From contig OZ241867.1 of the NCBI GenBank assembly GCA_965203175.1, positions 5,888,001 to 5,952,000 on the forward strand: a stretch of 64,000 bases of DNA, given 5' to 3'. The notes under the pieces are model-generated. The model did no database searches. It worked only from the letters and a program-made list of their open reading frames with translations, and was not told where the DNA came from. Positions 1 to 7,554 of this stretch are shown here, piece after piece (the first letter of the stretch is position 1; each line of letters begins with the position of its first letter). Both the position numbers and the translations under genes were made by a program. The stretch is from Candidatus Latescibacterota bacterium (GTDB lineage: Bacteria > Latescibacterota > UBA2968 > UBA8231).

Positions 1-1
1 C

Positions 2-433
2 CCCAGTTACAAAGGTGTCCGCGCGCTCCTGTTCTACGGCGAACCCGAGTTGGGCCAACAGGGCGAGCAAGGGCCGACACCGCTCGGCTTCCGCGCCCAA
101 CTTCACCTGCGAGCGAAACGTTTGCCCGGCGAGTAAGGGAAGCAACAACAGCGCGGTATCGCCCAACCCCTCTAGATCGAGCGGTCCCGCTGCCTCCTGA
201 AACCCCCGCAGCCCAACGCCGCGCACCACATGGACCCCTGCGCGCTTGGTAATGTCAACGTCCAACTCGCGCAACAGAGAGACCACCCGGTCAGCGTCAA
301 CGGGCACGTGGCGGACAGTGCTCTTCCCCTCGCTCAATGCGGCCAATACGAGCGCGCGCGCGGCTGGCTCCCGCTCTCCGGGCATCGACACTTGCCCCGC
401 AATTCTCTTGACTGGGCTTACGATTGTTTCCAT
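2..433 (-). CDS. AroA/EPSP synthase-fold protein, N-terminal part (runs off window edge), with degenerate active-site motifs
   Basis: Not in ORF track. Manual translation from ATG at 433: METIVSPVKRIAGQVSMPGEREPAARALVLAALSEGKSTVRHVP...VRGVGLRGFQEAAGPLDLEGLGDTALLLLPLLAGQTF...RCRPLL. This follows the AroA N-terminal pattern, and the gene lies directly after tyrA. Confidence 0.7.
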   Translation of the reverse strand, partial: METIVSPVKRIAGQVSMPGEREPAARALVLAALSEGKSTVRHVPVDADRVVSLLRELDVDITKRAGVHVVRGVGLRGFQEAAGPLDLEGLGDTALLLLPLLAGQTFRSQVKLGAEAERCRPLLALLAQLGFAVEQERADTFVTG

Positions 434-436
434 GGC

Positions 437-1549
437 CTAGGGTCTCCGCGCCACATACCCGAGCCTAGTCAAAATTCCCAGCGCGTTTTCCGCGCTCTCT
501 GCGCTGTCAAATCCCAACCGCAACGTCCCCCCCTCGCCCTCGCGTACCTTCATCACCTCAATATCGTTGATGTTTACCCCTTGCGCCCCCAGCGCCTGCC
601 CGATCTCGGCGATGACGCCCGGCCGATCCTCGGCTAGCACCAAGATCTCGTGCAGCACATGGATAAACCCCTTTGAATCCCTCGGAATGGACCCCCGAAT
701 TTCGTTGGCAAAATCGAAATCCGCCTTTAGCTCCTCGGCCTCCAGCCGCTCCCTCACTTCCGCGAGCGCGGCGATGTAGCGGTCGATCATCGCGCGGATT
801 TCGTCGGCATTGGTCGCGCAGATGTCCTCCCAGACCGGCGCGAACGGGCTGGAAGCAATCCGCGTCAAGTCGCGGAAACCGCCAGCGGCCAGCGGCAGGA
901 AGTGATCGCGCTCGGCATTCAGCCGCCCGACCATACTCACCAGCGAGGTCGCCATCATCTGCGGCAAGTGGCTGATCGCGGCGACCGCCCGGTCGTGTGC
1001 CCCAGCGTCCAGTTCCATAACCCGTGCCCCAACCTGCCGCAAGAGAGCGGTCAATGCTTGGTAGCGATCAGCCGGCACCTTCTGATCGGGGACCAAAATA
1101 TAGATTGCATTCTGGAAGAGGAACGGATCGGCCGCGGCCACGCCCGCCTTTTCAGAGCCAGCCATCGGATGGCCGCCGACAAAGTACACCTCGTCGCTGA
1201 AATGGGCTTGGGCCGCCGCGGCGATGCGCCGCTTGGTGCTCCCCACATCGGTGACCAGCGTCCCCGGCTCGGCGAGCTGACCTACCTCCGCAATCAGCGT
1301 GAGAATCCGCTTGATCGGCGTGCAGATAAAGACTAGGTCGGCTCCTTTGAGCGCCTGCCCCAACTCGTCGTAGCCCCAACCCTCGTCGATCACGCCCAGC
1401 TCCAGCGCGCGGGCGATGGTTGGGGGACGGCTGACGCCCACAAGCCGCCCGCCAAAGCCGGTGCGCTTGAGCGCCAAGCCTATTGAGCCGCCAATCAGGC
1501 CCACGCCGACGATGACTGCCCGCCGGAAGAAGGCTAGCTCTCCTCGCAT
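437..1549 (-). CDS. tyrA: Prephenate/arogenate dehydrogenase with C-terminal ACT domain
   Basis: GVGLIGGS Rossmann motif, DVGSTK, GGHPMAGSE, HD...SHLP, GFRDLTRIA; ACT domain (EDRPGVIAEI). Confidence 0.92.
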   Translation of the reverse strand: MRGELAFFRRAVIVGVGLIGGSIGLALKRTGFGGRLVGVSRPPTIARALELGVIDEGWGYDELGQALKGADLVFICTPIKRILTLIAEVGQLAEPGTLVTDVGSTKRRIAAAAQAHFSDEVYFVGGHPMAGSEKAGVAAADPFLFQNAIYILVPDQKVPADRYQALTALLRQVGARVMELDAGAHDRAVAAISHLPQMMATSLVSMVGRLNAERDHFLPLAAGGFRDLTRIASSPFAPVWEDICATNADEIRAMIDRYIAALAEVRERLEAEELKADFDFANEIRGSIPRDSKGFIHVLHEILVLAEDRPGVIAEIGQALGAQGVNINDIEVMKVREGEGGTLRLGFDSAESAENALGILTRLGYVARRP

Positions 1550-1806
1550 TCGAAGTAGGTGGTTAGTTCGATGAGCAGCCGGTAGATCTCCTCTAGGGCC
1601 TCGTCCTTCATCAGCCCTTGGAGCTGTTGGTTGTAGGCTTTGGTCTTGGCGAACACAATGCGCTCGCGGTCGGGATCGCGTATTGGTTTTCCCGCGGCCT
1701 TTTTAATCCGCCCGACTTCTTGCGCGCACTGCATGCGCTCGTTGAGCAGATCAATCATTTGCCGGTCGATACCATCTATGCGTTCGCGCCAGTCACTCAG
1801 GTCCAT
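1534..1806 (-). CDS. Chorismate mutase, AroQ type II, monofunctional
   Basis: LSDWRERIDGIDRQMIDLLNER...GRIK...IRDPDRE. Start reassigned to ATG 1806, which has an AAGGGAG RBS. Confidence 0.88.
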   Translation of the reverse strand: MDLSDWRERIDGIDRQMIDLLNERMQCAQEVGRIKKAAGKPIRDPDRERIVFAKTKAYNQQLQGLMKDEALEEIYRLLIELTTYFECEES

Positions 1807-1816
1807 ATCTACTCCC

Positions 1817-2800
1817 TTACCGATGTCCCATGGCCCGACGGACCGCGTCCATGGTTGCGTCAACGATCGGACGCAGTTTCTCGACACTCTCGGCCAACAC
1901 CTTGTCTATGTACGCGGGATCCGCCGTCAGTTCCCGATAGCGCGCCTGAATCGGCTCAATCTCGGCGATGACCACTTCGACCAATTCCTTTTTCAAGTCG
2001 CCGTAGCCCTTGCCAGCAAAATGCGCCTCAATCTCATCGTTCCCTAGGCCAGTCAACGCCTGATAGATTGTCAGAAGGTTGTACAACCCAGGGCGCTGCG
2101 GATCGAAAACAATGCCCTGCTGTGAATCGGTCACCGCCCGCATGATCGTCTTGCGCACCTTATCTGGATCATCGAGCAGGCCGACGCTGTGGTACTGGCC
2201 CTCGGCGGACTTAGACATTTTCGCGGTCGGATCGTCGAGCCCCATGATCCGCGCACCGACTTGCGGAATGACCGGTTTGGGCACGGTGAATACCTCGCCG
2301 AACTGGCGATTGAAGCGCTCGGCAATGTCGCGCGTTAGTTCCACGTGCTGTTTTTGGTCGTCGCCGACAGGCACCTCGTGCGCCTGGTAGAGCAGGATAT
2401 CGGCGGCCATCAACGTCGGGTAAACGAACAGCCCCGTGCCAACGCGCTCGCGCCGCGCACCCACTCGATCCTTAAACTGAGTCATCCGCTCCAGCCACCC
2501 CATCGGCGTGATACAAGTAAAAAGCCAAGCCAACTCAGTGTGTTCGGGAATGTGCGACTGCACAAAGAGACGGCACTTTTGCGGATCGAGGCCACAGGCA
2601 ATGTACAAAGCCACGGCCTCGCGCGTACCGCTATGCAAAGCCTCCGGGTCGTACGGCACGGTGATCGCGTGCTGATCGACCACGCAGAAGATGTTGTCGC
2701 GGTCCTCTAAGTTGACCAGCCAATTGCGGACGGCTCCGATGTAGTTGCCGATGTGGATGTGTCCCGAGGGCTGAATGCCCGAAAATACTCGTTTTTTCAC
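1817..2800 (-). CDS. trpS: Tryptophanyl-tRNA synthetase
   Basis: SGIQPSG-HIGNY, YPTLMAADILLY, VPVGDDQKQH, KMSKS. Confidence 0.97.
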   Translation of the reverse strand: MKKRVFSGIQPSGHIHIGNYIGAVRNWLVNLEDRDNIFCVVDQHAITVPYDPEALHSGTREAVALYIACGLDPQKCRLFVQSHIPEHTELAWLFTCITPMGWLERMTQFKDRVGARRERVGTGLFVYPTLMAADILLYQAHEVPVGDDQKQHVELTRDIAERFNRQFGEVFTVPKPVIPQVGARIMGLDDPTAKMSKSAEGQYHSVGLLDDPDKVRKTIMRAVTDSQQGIVFDPQRPGLYNLLTIYQALTGLGNDEIEAHFAGKGYGDLKKELVEVVIAEIEPIQARYRELTADPAYIDKVLAESVEKLRPIVDATMDAVRRAMGHR

Positions 2801-3576
2801 TCGCCCAATAGCTCCCTTACTTTGGTCCCAATATCGGCTTCGCGCATCAGGGATTCGCCGACCAAGATCGCATCGACGCCAGCGGCAGCGAGCCGCTCAA
2901 CATCGCTGCGATCCCCAATTCCGCTCTCGCTGACGACGACAGCTCCCTCCGGCATCTGATCCACAAGCGCGAAGGTCGTCTCCAAGGTGGTCTCAAAGGT
3001 CCGCAGATCGCGGTTGTTGACGCCGATGAGCTGAGCACCAGCCGCTTTGGCGCGCGCCAATTCCTCACCATCGTGGACTTCGACTAGTGCGTCTAATTCC
3101 AACTCGGTGGCTAAGCCGAGGTAGTCGTCGAGTTGGCTAGAATCCATCAGCGCCACGATCAGCAAAACGGCATCGGCACCGATGACGCGGGCTTCGTAGA
3201 GTTGGTATTCGTCGATGGTGAAATCCTTGCGCAACACCGGCAAGCCCGCAACCGCTTTCGCCATCTGCACATAAGCGTCGCACCCCTGAAAATACGCCTC
3301 GTCCGTCAATACCGAAAGACAGCGCGCGCCATGGGCGGCATACGCATCGGCGATCCACTCTGGGTCGAAGTCGGCGCGGATGACGCCCTTGGACGGCGAG
3401 GCTTTTTTTATTTCGGCGATCAGCGCGATCCCATCCGCAGTTAGCGCACCTTGAAAATCGGCCGGCACCGGCGTATCGCGAGCCTGCGACCGCACATCAG
3501 CCAAACTGCGCTGGCGCTGGCGGTCGGCGACGAACTCGCGCTTGTACGCGGCTATTTCGCTTAGGATATCCGCCAT
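2797..3576 (-). CDS. trpC: Indole-3-glycerol phosphate synthase
   Basis: IAEIKKASPSKG, LSVLTD, LRKDF, GVNNRDL, SESGI, LVGESLM. Confidence 0.97.
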   Translation of the reverse strand: MADILSEIAAYKREFVADRQRQRSLADVRSQARDTPVPADFQGALTADGIALIAEIKKASPSKGVIRADFDPEWIADAYAAHGARCLSVLTDEAYFQGCDAYVQMAKAVAGLPVLRKDFTIDEYQLYEARVIGADAVLLIVALMDSSQLDDYLGLATELELDALVEVHDGEELARAKAAGAQLIGVNNRDLRTFETTLETTFALVDQMPEGAVVVSESGIGDRSDVERLAAAGVDAILVGESLMREADIGTKVRELLGE

Positions 3577-3578
3577 TG

Positions 3579-4589
3579 TCAGGAGTTGCTTACCTCGACC
3601 AGCCGATCCAGAGCTTGACGCGCCTTGCCCGAGTCGATGGACTCCCGGGCCACTTCGAGACCAGCAGTTATATCTTCGGCCAGCCCGCCAACGACCATTG
3701 CCGCCGCCGCGTTGAGCAACACCACGTCGCGCTGCGGCCCTTCCTCACCGTCGAGTAGCCCGCGCAGGATGCGTGCATTGTAGTCCGCATCGCCGCCTTT
3801 GAGCGCCTCGGCTGAGGCTGTCTGTAAACCAAAATCCCCCGGGTGAATCTGGCGCGTACTGACCTGCCCGTCTCTAAGCTCGCTGACCTGCGTCGGCCCC
3901 GTCAGCGTGATCTCGTCCAGTCCGTCCGAGCCGTGTACCACCAGGGCCTGATCCGATCCCAACTCGCGCAGCACGCCGGCGAGCGCCTCGGTCAGCGCGC
4001 CGTCAAACACGCCGAGCAATTGCCTCTTGGCCCCAGCCGGATTGGTCAGCGGTCCTAAGATGTTAAAAACCGTGCGGGTAGCTAACTCCCTGCGCGGGCC
4101 GATGGCGTGTTTCATCGCCCCGTGTAACGCTATCGCAAATAGAAAACCAATGCCGACTTCGTCGATGCACTCGCCGACTTTTTCCGGCGCAGCTTCGACA
4201 TTGACCCCTAACGCGGTCAGCACGTCCGACGAGCCGCACTGGCTCGATATTGAGCGGGTGCCGTGCTTGGCCACTGCCAAACCGGCACCGCAAGCGACGA
4301 AGGCTACCGTCGTGGAGATATTAAAGGTCCCCGAATCATCGCCGCCAGTGCCGCAGGTGTCGATGAGATCGGGGCGCACTGTCACTATCGGCGTAGCCTT
4401 CTCGCGCATGACTTCGGCACCGCCAGCGATCTCGTCGATAGTCTCGCCCTTGATCCGCAGAGCGACGAGAAAAGCGCCGATCTGAGCATCTGTAGCTTGG
4501 CCGCTCATAATCTGCTCCATCACCGCCCGCATCTTAGCGCGGTCCAAGTCTGCTCCGGCGATTAGATCTCTTATAGCTTCTTGTATCAT
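3579..4589 (-). CDS. trpD: Anthranilate phosphoribosyltransferase
   Basis: DTCGTGGD, FNISTT, KHG.RS, RTVFNILGPLTNP, DGLDE. Confidence 0.97.
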   Translation of the reverse strand: MIQEAIRDLIAGADLDRAKMRAVMEQIMSGQATDAQIGAFLVALRIKGETIDEIAGGAEVMREKATPIVTVRPDLIDTCGTGGDDSGTFNISTTVAFVACGAGLAVAKHGTRSISSQCGSSDVLTALGVNVEAAPEKVGECIDEVGIGFLFAIALHGAMKHAIGPRRELATRTVFNILGPLTNPAGAKRQLLGVFDGALTEALAGVLRELGSDQALVVHGSDGLDEITLTGPTQVSELRDGQVSTRQIHPGDFGLQTASAEALKGGDADYNARILRGLLDGEEGPQRDVVLLNAAAAMVVGGLAEDITAGLEVARESIDSGKARQALDRLVEVSNS

Positions 4590-4599
4590 GTTGCGCTCC

Positions 4600-5163
4600 T
4601 CATAAGCGAAGAAAATTATTCAGTAGTTGTTTGCCTTCTATGGTCAGAATCGACTCGGGATGGAACTGCACCCCTTCGAGGGGCCATCGCCGGTGCCGAA
4701 TCCCCATAACCATCCCGTCCTCGCTCGTAGCCGATACTTGCAGGCATTCGGGCAAACTCTCCCGCTCGACAGCCAGCGAGTGATAGCGAGTAGCGACGAA
4801 GGGATTTTGCAGGCCGGCGAATAGCGTGCGGCCGTCGTGTTGCACTGGTGTCGCGCGGCCGTGGACGATCTCGTCGGCCCGCACGACGCGCCCGCCGCAA
4901 ACTTGGGCGATGACTTGGTGCCCCAAGCACACGCCCAAAATGGGGATCACACCGGCCAACCGCTCGACGAGCGCACACGAAATTCCAGCTTGATCTGGGC
5001 CACCAGGACCAGGCGAGATAACGACGCGCTCGGGCGCGAGCGAAACCGCTGCGGCGACCGTCAATTCGTCGTTGCGCAAGACCTTGGTTGCCGCCCCTAA
5101 TTCCTCTAAATAATGCACCAAATTGTAGGTAAAGGAGTCGTAGTTATCAAGTATCAGCAGCAT
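4600..5163 (-). CDS. Glutamine amidotransferase component II (TrpG/PabA)
   Basis: DNYDSFTYN, SPGPG, GVCLGHQ, RYHSL, QFHPES. Confidence 0.93.
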   Translation of the reverse strand: MLLILDNYDSFTYNLVHYLEELGAATKVLRNDELTVAAAVSLAPERVVISPGPGGPDQAGISCALVERLAGVIPILGVCLGHQVIAQVCGGRVVRADEIVHGRATPVQHDGRTLFAGLQNPFVATRYHSLAVERESLPECLQVSATSEDGMVMGIRHRRWPLEGVQFHPESILTIEGKQLLNNFLRL

Positions 5164-5167
5164 GGCT

Positions 5168-7345
5168 TCAGCGCGCTAGTTTCCCTATCACTTGGGCGAT
5201 CAGCCGCAAGCCTAAATCGTCCTTGAGCGTCAAAATCGACTCCGGGTGAAACTGCACCGCTGCCACCGGCAACTCGCGGTGCTCCACTGCCATGATGACC
5301 CCATCGTCGGTCTGCGCTAACACCCGCAAACACTCGGGCAGCTTCTTCGGCACGGCGTAAAGCGAATGATAGCGCCCGGCGACAAACTCCGTGGGGAATC
5401 CGTCGAAAATCCCTTCGGGCGTGCAGCGGATCGTCGATTCCTTGCCGTGCATCGGATAGGAAAGCACCCCCAGCTCGCCACCGAGACCCTCGACGATGCC
5501 CTGCAATCCGAGACACACGCCAAAAACCGGCAGCGCACGTCTCACGCACTCGTTGACCAGTTCCGGCACGCCGAATTCCTCGGGCGTACCTGGCCCCGGC
5601 GAGATGAAGACCAGATCGGGATCAAAATCGGCGAAGACGCGCTGGGGGTCCCGCAGACCCCGCGCACCGCTGCCGTCGCGCGATCTAGCAGCGCGCACGG
5701 TCACCACCTCCGCTCCCGTCTGCCGCACGTAATCGCCGAGCGTATGCACGAAAGAGTCGCGGTTATCGACGAAGAGCACCCGCTTGCCCTGCCCCGAAGT
5801 CGCGATTTGAGTGACCTTATCCTTGGCGTCGTCAGCGCCGATCACCGCGTTGATAAAGGTCTCGGCCTTGGCTCGCGTCTCGCGCTCCTCAGCGTCGGGG
5901 TCCGAGTCGCACAGCAGAGTCGCCCCCGCCCGTACTTTGGCGATGCCGTCCTCCAAGTGTACAGTGCGGATGGTGATTCCGGTGTTGATCTCGCCGCTGA
6001 AAAGCAACATGCCAACGCAGCCGCCGTACCAGCGCCGCGCCGAGTTTTCCAATTCCTCGATCTTCTGCATGGCCGCTGGTTTGGGCGCGCCAGTAAGCGT
6101 CACCGCCCACATATGCGACAGCAGGGCGTCGAACCCATCGCAGTCGTCCTTCAGCTCTCCGACGACTTGGTCCACCGTGTGAAAAACCTTTGAGTACCTT
6201 TCGATCATCCGCCGCCCGACCACCCGCACCGAGCCTTCCTTGCAAATCCGCGCTTTGTCGTTGCGATCGACATCCGTACACATGTTCAACTCGGCCTCGT
6301 CCTTTTTTGAGTTGAGCAAGTCGCGGATCTGTTCGGCGTCCTCCATCACGGTTTTACCTCGGCCGATGGTCCCGGCAATCGGACAAGTCTCGATGAACGA
6401 CCCATTGACCCGCACGAACATCTCGGGCGAAGCGCCGATCAGATACTCGTCGCCGAGGTTGATGAAGAACTCATAGGGGCTAGGGCTAGTGCGGCGGATA
6501 TTCTCAAAGAGGGTGTGCGGGTCGCCCGCATAGCCAGCGCTGAGTACTTGGCTCGGCGTCACCTCAAAGAAGTCGCCGCGCTCGGTACCGGCGATGACCT
6601 CGCGCACCTTGTCGGCGTATTCCCCAGGGGCGTGGTCGCACGTAATCTCGGACGCTGCGCCGCGCACATAGGGCACGGCGTCCGTGCCGCGCTCCATGCC
6701 CTCGGTTGACAACCCATCGGCGGCAAACTCATAGCAATAACGCCGCGCCTGCTCCTTGCGGTGATCTACTACGACTAGTTCGTCAGGCAAAAAGAGGTGC
6801 AGATCGGGCCGGTCCTCGCGGCGCGGGTGGCGCAGTTGGAGCGGCTCAAACTGGAGTACCAAGTCGTAGCCCAGCGCCCCGTAAAATCCCAAGTGATTTT
6901 CGCCCTCGGCTCGCATCAGCGCCACCAAGGCGCGCAGGACGCTGAAGATCGTCGGCTGCTTGGACCGCTCCTCTTCGGCGAAATACTCGGGCATCTGCGC
7001 CACCGCGCCTTTGAGCTGGCCATCTGCTAGCTCCAACTCCGTCACATGCTCGTGCTCGGCGAGGCTGCCGCGAAAAATCTCCAGCAACATCTCGCCGCGC
7101 GCGTTGAGCGCCCGAAAGGCAAAGGAGCGCTGACGCGCCACCAACTCCAGCGGCGGATCGACGAAACCAATGTCCCAGCGGCTATAGCGCCCTGGATACT
7201 CGTAGCCGCTGGCGAAGACAGCGCCTCGGTGGGTATTGAGCCGTTCTAGCAATGTCTCTAGCGGCCTTTCTATGGGCAATTCCTCGGTCTGGCGCTTGAC
7301 TTCGACGCCGCCAGCCGTGCGAAAAGTTTCCGTGTGAATCGTCAT
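5168..7345 (-). CDS. trpE: Fused anthranilate synthase TrpE(G)
   Basis: Chorismate-binding domain (SPSPY, GASPEMFVR, CPIAGT, DVDRND, TGAPK) fused to a GATase domain (DSFVHTL, SPGPG, GVCLGLQ, QFHPES). Start set at ATG 7345 after a GGAG RBS; the ORF-track extension reads through the attenuator. Confidence 0.95.
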   Translation of the reverse strand: MTIHTETFRTAGGVEVKRQTEELPIERPLETLLERLNTHRGAVFASGYEYPGRYSRWDIGFVDPPLELVARQRSFAFRALNARGEMLLEIFRGSLAEHEHVTELELADGQLKGAVAQMPEYFAEEERSKQPTIFSVLRALVALMRAEGENHLGFYGALGYDLVLQFEPLQLRHPRREDRPDLHLFLPDELVVVDHRKEQARRYCYEFAADGLSTEGMERGTDAVPYVRGAASEITCDHAPGEYADKVREVIAGTERGDFFEVTPSQVLSAGYAGDPHTLFENIRRTSPSPYEFFINLGDEYLIGASPEMFVRVNGSFIETCPIAGTIGRGKTVMEDAEQIRDLLNSKKDEAELNMCTDVDRNDKARICKEGSVRVVGRRMIERYSKVFHTVDQVVGELKDDCDGFDALLSHMWAVTLTGAPKPAAMQKIEELENSARRWYGGCVGMLLFSGEINTGITIRTVHLEDGIAKVRAGATLLCDSDPDAEERETRAKAETFINAVIGADDAKDKVTQIATSGQGKRVLFVDNRDSFVHTLGDYVRQTGAEVVTVRAARSRDGSGARGLRDPQRVFADFDPDLVFISPGPGTPEEFGVPELVNECVRRALPVFGVCLGLQGIVEGLGGELGVLSYPMHGKESTIRCTPEGIFDGFPTEFVAGRYHSLYAVPKKLPECLRVLAQTDDGVIMAVEHRELPVAAVQFHPESILTLKDDLGLRLIAQVIGKLAR

Positions 7346-7361
7346 GTTGTTCTCCAAGTAC

Positions 7362-7395
7362 AAAAAAAACGCGGACACCCGAGGGCGTCCGCGTT
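7362..7395 (-). terminator. Attenuator intrinsic terminator upstream of trpE(G)
   Basis: Minus strand reads AACGCGGACGCCC-TC-GGGTGTCCGCG-T8. Confidence 0.9.
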
Positions 7396-7421
7396 GGATT
7401 GAAAATTCATCTCGTCGCAAT

Positions 7422-7502
7422 CTAGCAGATGGACGCACCTCTCTCCCTGCTCGGGGAATACCAAGCGCGCCACCAGCGACGAATGTGAGGCGAAGATTTC
7501 AT
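7422..7502 (-). CDS. trpL: Trp operon leader peptide MKSSPHIRRWWRAWYSPSRERGASIC (26 aa)
   Basis: Tandem TGG TGG plus a third TGG. The ORF lies between the promoter and the terminator. GCGTCC near its end can pair with GGACGC of the terminator 5' arm (antiterminator). Confidence 0.88.
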   Translation of the reverse strand: MKSSPHIRRWWRAWYSPSRERGASIC

Positions 7503-7511
7503 AACGCGCAG

Positions 7512-7540
7512 AAAGTAAAGGGGAGTTTTTGTACTGTCAA
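7512..7540 (-). promoter_or_regulatory. Sigma70 promoter of trpL-trpE(G)
   Basis: TTGACA-17 nt-TACTTT on the minus strand, with 9 nt between the -10 box and the trpL ATG. Confidence 0.8.
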
Positions 7541-7554
7541 GGGCCTAGCCTTGC

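Noticed and set aside
3579-4589. TrpD KHGTR instead of the usual KHGNR
   Set aside because: A single substitution with all other motifs intact; not enough to claim altered function.
7346-7438. 31-aa N-terminal extension of TrpE(G) in the ORF track
   Set aside because: It runs through the attenuator hairpin; ATG 7345 has its own RBS.
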